Assembly: GCA_963851265.1 (NCBI GenBank)
Contig: CAWKNZ010000002.1
Location: 1,600,001-1,664,000, forward strand
Length of the DNA stretch: 64,000 nt
Direction of reading: 5' to 3'
Source of the DNA: an uncultured Gemmatimonadales bacterium
GTDB taxonomy: Bacteria > Gemmatimonadota > Gemmatimonadetes > Gemmatimonadales > Gemmatimonadaceae
Part shown: piece by piece, positions 24,190-33,024 of the stretch
How positions within the stretch are numbered: the first letter of the stretch is position 1
Layout: every line of letters starts with the position of its first letter
Program-made: the position numbers and the translations under genes
Notes under the pieces: model-generated
The model's database searches: none
Seen by the model: only the letters and a program-made list of their open reading frames with translations
What the model was told of the DNA's origin: nothing

Positions 24190-25125
24190 ATGCCAACCAC
24201 TCGCTACCGCGATCGCGACAGCTCGGCCGCCAGCGCGGTGTTCGTCGCCGTCGGCGCCCTCGCCGGACTCGCCGCCGGCGTGCTCATCGCCCAGCGCATG
24301 GGCGGAATCTCGGGCATCAGCGCGCGCGTGCGCGACCGCCTCGCCGACGCGCGCGGCGAGGGCCGCAACGCCGACGGCGGCCCGATGGCCCACGACCAAC
24401 CCGAGTACGACGACGAACCGCTCGAAGGTCCCGCGACCGGCGGTCGCGGATCGTCCGGAATCGAGTCGGCCGCACGTGACGCCGCCGGCCGTCAGACGAA
24501 CGGCGAACAGGGCAACGCCGGCCGACCGGACGACGACGGCGAGGCGCTCGAAGAGCGCGTGCTCGAGGCCTTCCGCAACGATCCGGTGCTGAGCGAGCGC
24601 GCCGTCGACATCGGCGCCGTGGGCCGCGGCATCATCGAACTCACGGGGTTCGTGCAGGCCGAGTCGGAGTCGCACGGCGCGGTGGTGCTCACGCGCGGCG
24701 TGCCGGGCGTGGTCACCGTCGTCAACCGCCTCGAGGTGCGAGAGGAGGAAGCGCGCTTCGAGCAGACGGCGGCGCAGTACGAGGCGGGCGACGTGCCGGG
24801 CGGCGCCATGTGGGAAGGGCAGCAGGTCGGCATCGGACGCCCGCGGCAGGGCACGTCCAACGATCTTTCGCGCCACGCGGATCCCAAGCCGACGCTCGAG
24901 AACCGGTGGACCGGGCAGCAGGCGGCGATCCGCGCCGCGGCCGACGACCTCGAAGGGATCGCCGAGCGCCGGCAGCACACGCCGGACATTCAGGGCGACG
25001 AAACCGGCGGTGCGCCGATCGCGCCGTCGGGTGTGCCCAAGGGGGACCACGTGGCCGACCCCGCGTCGGCCGCTCCATTCCTCCGGGAGACCACGGGGCG
25101 CGTCGACCCCAACCTGCGCGACTGA
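24190..25125 (+). CDS. BON-domain protein with an N-terminal membrane anchor
   Basis: TM segment AVFVAVGALAGLAAGVLIA; LEERVLEAF..DP.L...IIELTGFV...VPGVVTVVNRLEV. Confidence 0.85.
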   Translation: MPTTRYRDRDSSAASAVFVAVGALAGLAAGVLIAQRMGGISGISARVRDRLADARGEGRNADGGPMAHDQPEYDDEPLEGPATGGRGSSGIESAARDAAGRQTNGEQGNAGRPDDDGEALEERVLEAFRNDPVLSERAVDIGAVGRGIIELTGFVQAESESHGAVVLTRGVPGVVTVVNRLEVREEEARFEQTAAQYEAGDVPGGAMWEGQQVGIGRPRQGTSNDLSRHADPKPTLENRWTGQQAAIRAAADDLEGIAERRQHTPDIQGDETGGAPIAPSGVPKGDHVADPASAAPFLRETTGRVDPNLRD

Positions 25126-25226
25126 GCGCGTTCCGACAACCGGCGATCGGCGGCGCGGGCCCGCCCCTTGCCCCATGACTATGCCCGGTCACACGGCCGG
25201 AAGTCACCTGCAGAGGAGGAGAACGG

Positions 25227-25487
25227 ATGTCGGAACGCACAAAGCCACACCTCGGCCGCACCCTCGACGGCGATCGCGAGAAGCCCTACGACACGCTCGA
25301 ACTGGCCGGGACGGATCCCGAGGGGACTGCCGGTGTGGCGGATACCGTGCTGCTCGACGGCGCACGCTCGGACGTCGGGGTCGCGGCCAACCAGCACGCC
25401 GACGCGCTGCAGCGCATGATCGACAACAACCGGAACTGCGTCGACAAGTTCCGTAACCCTGACGCCGGGCCGACCGGGCGCGCGTAA
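25227..25487 (+). CDS. Small hypothetical protein
   Basis: Strong SD (GAGGAGG), GC-rich third positions, followed by a terminator hairpin. Confidence 0.7.
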   Translation: MSERTKPHLGRTLDGDREKPYDTLELAGTDPEGTAGVADTVLLDGARSDVGVAANQHADALQRMIDNNRNCVDKFRNPDAGPTGRA

Positions 25488-25513
25488 CGCGCGCCGACCC
25501 GCCCCGAGGCGCC

Positions 25514-25555
25514 GCGGCGCCGCTCCGACGCTCCGGAGCGGCGCCGCTTCCGTTT
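25514..25555 (+). terminator. Intrinsic terminator-like hairpin
   Basis: 14-bp stem GCGGCGCCGCTCCG-acgctc-CGGAGCGGCGCCGC followed by TTCCGTTT. Confidence 0.65.
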
Positions 25556-25598
25556 CGGCAGGTTTGGGGGTCGAAACGGGTCCGCTACCTTAAGTCGG

Positions 25599-28415
25599 AT
25601 GACCGTCACGTCCGACGAGCCGGAGCGCGCGCTCCCGCCGACCTACGACCCGACCGCTACCGAGGGCGCGATCCACGCGCGCTGGGACGCCGCGGGGATC
25701 TTCACCGCACACGCCGCGCGCTCGGATCGCGACGGCGGCGGGCGCGCGCCGTTCACGGTCCTCATGCCGCCGCCTAACGTCACGGCGGTCCTGCACGTCG
25801 GGCACGCGCTCAACGACACCGTGCAGGACGTGCTCGCGCGGTGGCGCCGCATGGCGGGCGACGAGGCGCTCTGGCTTCCGGGCACCGACCACGCCGGAAT
25901 CGCGACCCAGAACGTCGTCGAGAAGAAGATCGCGCGCGAGGAAGGGCTGAGCCGCTACGACGTCGGACGCGAGGCGTTCGTGGAGCGCACGGCCGAGTTC
26001 GTACGCGAGACTGGCGGGGCCATCCTCGAACAGCTCAAGGCCATCGGCGCGTCGTGCGACTGGTCGCGTACTGCGTACACGCTGTCGCCGCCGCTGTCGC
26101 GTGCCGTGCGCGAGGCCTTCGTCCGCCTGTACGAGCGCGGGTTGGTCTACAAGGGCCACCGCGTGATTCACTGGTGCCCGCGGTGCATGACGTCGCTCTC
26201 CGACGAGGAGGCCGAATTCGAGGACACGCCGGGCCGCCTGTTTCATATCCGCTACGTGGTGAGCGACGAGCCCGAGCGGTCGCTCGTCGTCGCGACCACG
26301 CGCCCCGAGACCCTCTTCGGCGACGTGGCGGTGGCCGTGCACCCGGACGACGAGCGCTACGCGGACCTCGTCGGCCGCACGGTGCGGCTGCCGCTCGTCG
26401 GCCTCGCGATTCCCGTGATCGCGGACGCGTACGTGGACCGCGAGTTCGGCACGGGGGCGCTCAAGATCACGCCGGCGCACGACGCGAACGACTATGACGT
26501 CGGGCGCCGCCACGGGCTGAGCGTGCCGGTGGTGATCGACGCGGCGGGCTTCGTGCGCGAGGTGGCCGACGCCGCCGGCCGGGTGCCCGCGGCGTTCGAC
26601 GGGCTCGAGCGGTTCGAGGCGCGCGCGCGCGCCGTCGAGGCGCTCACGGCCGAGGGCACGCTCGCGAAGGCCGAGGTCCACCGGCACGCGGTGCGACACT
26701 GCTACCGGTGCGACACGGTGGTCGAGCCGCGCCTGTCCGACCAGTGGTTCGTGCGCATGGCGCCGCTCGCGGAGCCGGCGCTGGCCGCGGTGCGCGACCG
26801 CACGGTGCGCATCCTCCCCGAGCGGTGGGAAGCGGTGTACGTGCGCTGGATGGAGAACATCCGCGACTGGAACATCTCGCGGCAACTCTGGTGGGGACAC
26901 CGAATCCCGGTCTGGTACGACGACGCGACCGGTGAGACGTTCGTGAGCCGCGAGGACCTGACGCATTCGCCGACGACGGGGAACCTCCTGCGCCAGGACG
27001 AGGACGTGCTCGACACGTGGTTCTCGTCGTGGCTCTGGCCGCTGTCGACGCTCGGGTGGCCCGACGAGGACGCGCCGGACCTGCAGGCGTTCTTCCCGAG
27101 CGACGTGCTCGTCACCGCGCCCGAGATCCTCTTTTTCTGGGTCGCGCGGATGATCATGGCCGGGTACGCGTTCCGCGGCGCGGCGCCGTTCCACACGGTG
27201 TACCTGCACGGCACCGTGCGCGACACGCAGAACCGGAAGATGTCGAAGTCGTTAGGCAACGGCATCGACCCGCTCGAGGTCGTCGCGCGCTACGGCGCCG
27301 ACGCGCTCCGGTGGACGGCGGTGGCGGGGCTCGGGATGGGCGCCGACGTGGTGCTCGACCCGGACGACCTCGAGAAGTCGTTCGCGCCAGGCCGCAACTT
27401 CTGCACGAAGCTGTGGAACATCGGGCGGTTCCTGCTGCAGAACGTGGGGGCCGCGCCGGTGCTCCCGCTCGACCAGGTCGCGCCGGAGCGGCTGACGCAC
27501 GCGGACCGGTGGGTGCTCGCGCGGCTGGACGCCGCGGTGCGGGACTGCGACGCCGCGCTCGGCCCCGCGCGCCCGCCGCGGGCGGCGGCCGCGTACGACG
27601 GCGCGCCGCGCTGGCCCGAGGCGGAGCGCGCCGCCGGGCTCCGCCTCAACGAGTACGCCGAGGCCGCGCGGCGGTTCGTCTGGAGCGAGCTGGCCGATTG
27701 GTATCTCGAGAGCACGAAGTCACGCCTCGGCGCGGCAGACGCCGACGACCGCGAGGTGGCGCGCGCCGTGCTCGCGCATGCGTTCGACGGCGCCCTGCGG
27801 CTGCTGCACCCGATCGTGCCGTTCATCACCGAGGCGCTCTGGCAACGGCTGCCGTCGTCGCCGTCGGACGCGCTGCTCGCGTCGTCCGCGTGGCCGGCAC
27901 CGCGGTCCGCGGCAGGCCGCGCGGACGACGCATCCGCGAGCGAACCCTTCGACATCGCGCGCGCGTGCGTCGACGCCGTTCGCCAGATCCGGTCGGACTA
28001 CGCCGTCCCGCCCGGTCGGCGCGTCGAGGTGTACGTGCAGACCGCCGCCGACCGCGACAGTGGCGAGCTGGCGACGACGGTCGGCGCGCTCTCGCGCGCC
28101 GACGTGCACCTCGTCGCGGGCGACGCGCTGCCCTTCGACCGGCAGCTCGCCGCACAGCAGGTGGTTCGCGGCGCGACGGTGTACGTGCCACTCGCCGGGC
28201 TGGTGGACGTGGCGAAGGAGATCGAGAAGCTGACGAAGGAGCTCGCCGGACTCGACAAGCAGCTCGCGGCGCTCCGCGGGCGGCTCGCCAATCCGGGGTT
28301 CGTCGACCGCGCTCCGGCGGCCGTGGTCGAGGCCGAGCGCGCCAAGGAACGGACGTGGACGGACCGCGCGGCGCAGCTCGCGGAGTCGATCGCGGCCCTG
28401 CAGCGCGGCGCGTGA
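25599..28415 (+). CDS. valS: Valine--tRNA ligase
   Basis: PPPNVT..LHVGH, GTDHAGIATQ, ATTRPET, DWNISRQLWWGH, KMSKS, C-terminal coiled coil. Confidence 0.98.
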   Translation: MTVTSDEPERALPPTYDPTATEGAIHARWDAAGIFTAHAARSDRDGGGRAPFTVLMPPPNVTAVLHVGHALNDTVQDVLARWRRMAGDEALWLPGTDHAGIATQNVVEKKIAREEGLSRYDVGREAFVERTAEFVRETGGAILEQLKAIGASCDWSRTAYTLSPPLSRAVREAFVRLYERGLVYKGHRVIHWCPRCMTSLSDEEAEFEDTPGRLFHIRYVVSDEPERSLVVATTRPETLFGDVAVAVHPDDERYADLVGRTVRLPLVGLAIPVIADAYVDREFGTGALKITPAHDANDYDVGRRHGLSVPVVIDAAGFVREVADAAGRVPAAFDGLERFEARARAVEALTAEGTLAKAEVHRHAVRHCYRCDTVVEPRLSDQWFVRMAPLAEPALAAVRDRTVRILPERWEAVYVRWMENIRDWNISRQLWWGHRIPVWYDDATGETFVSREDLTHSPTTGNLLRQDEDVLDTWFSSWLWPLSTLGWPDEDAPDLQAFFPSDVLVTAPEILFFWVARMIMAGYAFRGAAPFHTVYLHGTVRDTQNRKMSKSLGNGIDPLEVVARYGADALRWTAVAGLGMGADVVLDPDDLEKSFAPGRNFCTKLWNIGRFLLQNVGAAPVLPLDQVAPERLTHADRWVLARLDAAVRDCDAALGPARPPRAAAAYDGAPRWPEAERAAGLRLNEYAEAARRFVWSELADWYLESTKSRLGAADADDREVARAVLAHAFDGALRLLHPIVPFITEALWQRLPSSPSDALLASSAWPAPRSAAGRADDASASEPFDIARACVDAVRQIRSDYAVPPGRRVEVYVQTAADRDSGELATTVGALSRADVHLVAGDALPFDRQLAAQQVVRGATVYVPLAGLVDVAKEIEKLTKELAGLDKQLAALRGRLANPGFVDRAPAAVVEAERAKERTWTDRAAQLAESIAALQRGA

Positions 28416-29968
28416 GCGGTCGCGACCGAAGCGGTGGGGCGCGGCGGCGCGCGTGCGCCGCGAGCACGATCACGGTCGTGACCGGCGGGTGGTGGATCGC
28501 GGCGTGCGCGTCGCCCGGCTTTCCTGCCGGCGGACCGCCGCGCGCGATCCCGCCGCGCCTCGTCGCCATTGCGCCCGACACGCTGGCCGTCGGCGCACGC
28601 CCGAAGTCCGTCGAGTTCACCTTCGACGAGGTCATCAACGAGGCGTCGCGCGGGACCGGCGCGGCCGCCGGCACCGGCGGCGGCGCGACGGGGCTCGAAT
28701 CGGTGGTGCTCGTCTCGCCGCGGAGCGGCTCGGTGTCGGTCGACTGGGGCCGCGAGCGGATCTACGTCCGCCCACGCCGCGGCTTCCGGCCTAACGTGAC
28801 GTACACGATCACGATCCTCGCCGGATTGTCGGACCTCCGGAACCACGCGCGCGACTCCGCGACGATCGCCGTGTTCAGCACGGGCGGCGCGATCGCGGGG
28901 AGCGAGATCCGCGGCGTGGTCTTCGACTGGGTGAACGGGCGCACGGCGCCCGGCGCAGTCGTCGAGGCCGTCGCGGCGGACAGCGTGCCGTACGTCGCGC
29001 TCGCCGATACGGCCGGGCGGTTCGTGATCGCGAACGTTCCCGCCGGCGCCTACCTGGTCCGTGGCGGGGTCGACGTGAACGGCAACCGCGCGATCGACCC
29101 TCGCGAACCGTTCGACACGGCGCGCACGTCCGCCACGGTTCGTGTGGGTCCGCCCGTCTTTACCGCGCCCATCGCGCCGGCGGTGCTTGCCGCCGAACTC
29201 GAGGCGTCCAAGGACAGCACGCGGCCGCGACCGCGGCGAGTGCCGGCACCGCGGGTCGGCGTGGGCGTGGGCGACACCACGATCAGGGGCCTCGCGCTGT
29301 ACGCGTTCGTGCACGACACCCTCACCCCGCGCGTCGGAACGGTCACGCCGATCGACAGCAGCACGCTCCGCCTGTCGTTCGACCGCGCGCTCCGCCCCGA
29401 CCAGCCGTTCGGGCCGGCGCAGATTCGCGTCGTCGGACCAGACTCGGCCGTCGTCGCCGTGCGCGAGGTGCTGACCGCGGCCGTCTTCGACTCGACGGCG
29501 CAAGCGGCCATCAACGCGGCGCGCGCGCACGCGGACAGCGCGGCCCGCGCGAACCCGCCGGCCAACCCGCCGGCGAACGCGGCTGCCGGCGCTCGAGCGA
29601 CCGCGCCGAACACGTCGCCCATCGGCGCCGCCAACCGGCCGCCCGGCCCGCGACTGGGGCGCCCGGTTCCGCCCGTGGACCTCATCGTCCGGCTCGGCGC
29701 GAATCTGCGACCGAACACCATCTACCGCCTGGCGGTGCGCGACATCCGATCGCTGTCCGGCATCGCGGGTACGACGGAGCGGACGTTCACGACGCCACGG
29801 TCGGCACCGCCGCCGCGCCCGTCACCCGCACCGCGCAGTATCCCGGCCCGCCCGGCGGGCGCCCCCGGCGCGGCGCCTGCGGGAGGGCCGCCCGCCGGCG
29901 CGCCGCCGCCCACGTCGCCGGCGACGCCCCGGACCTCGCCGGGCACACCGCCCGACCGTGAGCGCTGA
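28412..29968 (+). CDS. Ig-like domain putative lipoprotein with a Pro-rich tail
   Basis: GTG overlaps the valS stop; IAACASPGFPAGGP lipobox-like segment, FTFDEVI, PNVTYTITI..GLSDL, FSTG. Confidence 0.7.
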   Translation: MSGRDRSGGARRRACAASTITVVTGGWWIAACASPGFPAGGPPRAIPPRLVAIAPDTLAVGARPKSVEFTFDEVINEASRGTGAAAGTGGGATGLESVVLVSPRSGSVSVDWGRERIYVRPRRGFRPNVTYTITILAGLSDLRNHARDSATIAVFSTGGAIAGSEIRGVVFDWVNGRTAPGAVVEAVAADSVPYVALADTAGRFVIANVPAGAYLVRGGVDVNGNRAIDPREPFDTARTSATVRVGPPVFTAPIAPAVLAAELEASKDSTRPRPRRVPAPRVGVGVGDTTIRGLALYAFVHDTLTPRVGTVTPIDSSTLRLSFDRALRPDQPFGPAQIRVVGPDSAVVAVREVLTAAVFDSTAQAAINAARAHADSAARANPPANPPANAAAGARATAPNTSPIGAANRPPGPRLGRPVPPVDLIVRLGANLRPNTIYRLAVRDIRSLSGIAGTTERTFTTPRSAPPPRPSPAPRSIPARPAGAPGAAPAGGPPAGAPPPTSPATPRTSPGTPPDRER

Positions 29969-30581
29969 CGTGGCCGCTGAGCCTGACGTGACCGAGCGCC
30001 GGCGTGGCGCGGTGTTTTTCGACCGCGACGGGACGCTCATCGAGGATGAGCATTACCTCGCCGACCCGGATCGGGTTCGCCTTAGACCGGGCGCGGCGGC
30101 AGCGGTGCACCGCGTGCGCACCGCCGGGCTCGCCGCCGTCGTCGTGACCAACCAGTCGGGGATCGGGCGCGGGCTGTTCGGCGAAGCCGAGTACGAAGCC
30201 GTGCGCGCACGCCTCGACGACCTCCTCGCCGGCGCAGGTGCGCAACTCGACGCGACCTACCACTGCCCGCACGCGCCCGACATCGAGCCGCCGTGTGCGT
30301 GCCGCAAACCGGGGCGCGCGCTGTTCGAGCGTGCGGCGGCGGAGCTGGGACTCGACCTCGCGCGCTCGGGTGCGATCGGCGATCGGGTGCGCGACCTCAC
30401 TCCCGTCGTTCGGCTCGGCGGATACGGCGTGCTGGTGCCATCGCCCGACACCCCGCTGGCCGAGATGACGCGGGCGCGCGACGAATACGCCCTCGCCACG
30501 ACGCTCGACGCCGCGGTCGACCGCGTGCTGGCGCGAATCGCCGCGCGAGGCGGCGGCGCGGACGGCGTGGACATCCCGTGA
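29958..30581 (+). CDS. gmhB: HAD-IIIA phosphatase, GmhB-like
   Basis: FFDRDGTL, VVTNQSGIGRG, CPH...CACRKP, IGDR..D. Confidence 0.85.
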   Translation: MSADVAAEPDVTERRRGAVFFDRDGTLIEDEHYLADPDRVRLRPGAAAAVHRVRTAGLAAVVVTNQSGIGRGLFGEAEYEAVRARLDDLLAGAGAQLDATYHCPHAPDIEPPCACRKPGRALFERAAAELGLDLARSGAIGDRVRDLTPVVRLGGYGVLVPSPDTPLAEMTRARDEYALATTLDAAVDRVLARIAARGGGADGVDIP

Positions 30582-31306
30582 CCGGGCGCGCACGCGTGGC
30601 GGTGTTCGCGTCCGGCGGTGGCAGCAACCTCGGCGCCCTGCTCGACCATCTCGATGCGCGCGCGCACGCCCGGGCCGCCGACGTGGTGCTCGTCGCGAGC
30701 GACCGCGCCGGCGCGCTCGCGCTCGACCGCGCCCGGCAACGCGGAATCGCCACGCAACATGTCGCCGACCCCGCGGACGCAGACGCGATGCTCGCGACGC
30801 TCGCGGCCAAAGGCGTGGACCTCGTCGTCCTCGCCGGATACCTCAAGTTCGTGCCCGCGGAGGTCACGCGGGCGCACCCCGGGCGCATGCTCAACGTGCA
30901 TCCGTCGCTGCTGCCGGCCTTCGGCGGACCGGGGATGTACGGCGCCCGCGTGCACCGCGCCGTGCTGGCCGCGGGCGCGGGGGTGAGCGGGGCCACGGTG
31001 CACTTCGTCGACGAGGTGTACGACCGCGGGCCGATCGTCGCGCAGTGGCCGGTGCCCGTGCGCGCCGACGACACGCCCGAGTCGCTCGCGGCGCGCGTGC
31101 TCCGCGTCGAACACCTGCTGCTGCCTCGCGCGGTCGACGCCGTGGCGTCCGGCCGCGTCGCGCTCTCGCACGACGGGCGCGTCCGGTCGGTCTACGCGCC
31201 CGCCGACTCGCCGTTCGCGCCGAGCGGCCCCGACGCGCACGACGACGCCGTAGCGGCGTCGCTCGACGCCGCGTTCGCGGCACCGTTCGACCCGGCCGGC
31301 GCCTAA
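30578..31306 (+). CDS. purN: Phosphoribosylglycinamide formyltransferase
   Basis: VFASGGGSNL, LAGYL, NVHPSLLP.FGG.GMYG, GATVHFVD...D.GPI. Confidence 0.96.
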   Translation: MTGRARVAVFASGGGSNLGALLDHLDARAHARAADVVLVASDRAGALALDRARQRGIATQHVADPADADAMLATLAAKGVDLVVLAGYLKFVPAEVTRAHPGRMLNVHPSLLPAFGGPGMYGARVHRAVLAAGAGVSGATVHFVDEVYDRGPIVAQWPVPVRADDTPESLAARVLRVEHLLLPRAVDAVASGRVALSHDGRVRSVYAPADSPFAPSGPDAHDDAVAASLDAAFAAPFDPAGA

Positions 31307-31348
31307 CTCGCGCCGGCACCGGCCACCGCCCAACACGCCGCCCCACCC

Positions 31349-32896
31349 ATGCCCCGCGCCCTCCTTTCGGTTTCGAATAAGTCCGGCCTGTCCGAATTCG
31401 CCCGCGGCCTCGCGGCGCTCGGGTTCGACCTCGTCTCGACCGGCGGGACCGCGCGCGCGCTGCGCGACGAGGGCCTCGCGGTCGCCGACGTGAGCGACGT
31501 GACGCGATTTCCCGAAATGCTCGACGGGCGCGTGAAGACGCTGCACCCGGCGGTGCACGGCGGGCTCCTCGCCCGGCGCGACCTTCCCGAGCACGTCGCG
31601 ACGATCGCGGAGCACGGGATCGCGCCGATCGACGTGGTCGCGGTGAACCTGTACCCGTTTCGCGAGACCGTCGCCCGCCCCGACGTCACGCCCGACGAGG
31701 CCGTCGAGCAGATCGACATCGGCGGCCCGTCGATGCTCCGCTCCGCGGCGAAGAACTTCGACGCGGTGACCGTCGTCGTCGACCCCGCCGACTACCCGGC
31801 CGTGCTCGACGCGCTCGGGCGCGGCGGCGACGCCGCGCTGCGGCGGCGGCTCGCGGCCAAGGTGTACGCGCACACGGCCGCGTACGACGCGGCCATCGCG
31901 GCGTGGTTCGCGGAGCAGGAGGGAGAGCGCTTCCCCGATCGCCTCGCGATCGCCGGCGAGCGCGCGCAGACGCTCCGCTACGGCGAGAACCCCGACCAGC
32001 GCGCCGCGTTCTACGTGGAGCGGCCGGGCGCGGGGCTCGGCGCCCTCCGCCAGCTCGGCGGGAAGGAGCTGTCGTTCAACAACCTGCTCGACCTCGACGG
32101 CGCGCTGCTCGCGTGTGAGCCGTTCGTCGCCGACGCGGCAGCCGACGGGTCGGCGTGCTGTGCGATCGTGAAGCACACGACACCCTGCGGCCTCGCCGTG
32201 GGGGCGACGGCGCGTGAGGCGTACGACAAGGCGCTCGCCGCCGACCCGACGAGCGCGTTCGGGTCGGTGATCGCGTTCACGGTGCCCGTCGACGACGAAA
32301 CCGCGGGCGTGCTCTCGCAACTCTTCGTCGAGTGCGTGGTCGCCCCCGCGTTCTCCGACGGCGCCATCGAACTGCTCGGCCGCAAGAAAAATTTGCGGGT
32401 CCTCGCCGGCCGCGTCGCGCCCGACCCGCGTGAGCTGGACCTGAAGCGCGTACGGGGCGGCTTCGTGGTGCAGGACCGTCAGCCGCTACCGGTGGTCGGC
32501 GACGCGTGGCGCGTCGTCACGCAGCGCGCGCCGGAGTCCAGGGAACTCGACGATCTGCGCTTCGCGTGGCGCGCCGTGAGGAGCGTGAAATCCAACGCGA
32601 TCGTGTTCGCGCGCGGGGGGATGACGCTCGGCATCGGCGCGGGGCAGATGTCGCGGGTGGACGCGGCGTTCGTCGCCGCGCACAAGGCCCGCGAGGCGGG
32701 GCACGACGCGTCGGGCTCGGTGCTTGGCTCGGACGCATTCTTCCCGTTTCGCGACGGCGTGGACCAGGCGGCCGCGGCCGGGGTACGCGCGATCGTGCAG
32801 CCCGGCGGGTCGGTGCGAGACGCCGAGGTGATCGCCGCGGCCGACGAGCATGGGATCGCGATGGTCTTCACGGGCCAGCGGCTGTTCCGGCATTGA
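31349..32896 (+). CDS. purH: Bifunctional AICAR transformylase/IMP cyclohydrolase
   Basis: ALLSVS, STGGT, GRVKTLHP, IDIGGP, RYGENP, KH..PCG, SDAFFPF. Confidence 0.98.
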   Translation: MPRALLSVSNKSGLSEFARGLAALGFDLVSTGGTARALRDEGLAVADVSDVTRFPEMLDGRVKTLHPAVHGGLLARRDLPEHVATIAEHGIAPIDVVAVNLYPFRETVARPDVTPDEAVEQIDIGGPSMLRSAAKNFDAVTVVVDPADYPAVLDALGRGGDAALRRRLAAKVYAHTAAYDAAIAAWFAEQEGERFPDRLAIAGERAQTLRYGENPDQRAAFYVERPGAGLGALRQLGGKELSFNNLLDLDGALLACEPFVADAAADGSACCAIVKHTTPCGLAVGATAREAYDKALAADPTSAFGSVIAFTVPVDDETAGVLSQLFVECVVAPAFSDGAIELLGRKKNLRVLAGRVAPDPRELDLKRVRGGFVVQDRQPLPVVGDAWRVVTQRAPESRELDDLRFAWRAVRSVKSNAIVFARGGMTLGIGAGQMSRVDAAFVAAHKAREAGHDASGSVLGSDAFFPFRDGVDQAAAAGVRAIVQPGGSVRDAEVIAAADEHGIAMVFTGQRLFRH

Positions 32897-33024
32897 TACG
32901 CCACTGAGTCGGTCGCTTCGCGCGGCGCGACAGTCTAGAGTCAACCCTTGTAACCATCGGCTGGTGTCGAACGATGACGCCGGCCCGCCATACTGTTGGG
33001 CTACTCACGCCCGTCCCTTCCCTG

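Noticed and set aside
21761..25176. Long N-terminal extensions of the TonB receptor (1449 aa) and thrS (1070 aa) ORFs suggesting fusions
   Set aside because: The extensions overlap other real genes and have no domain signal. Plausible starts are at 21760 and 23991.
32930..32960. Antisense promoter in the AT-richer patch after purH (TTGACT and TAGACT on the minus strand)
   Set aside because: The two hexamers are adjacent rather than 16-18 nt apart, so a promoter is not supported.
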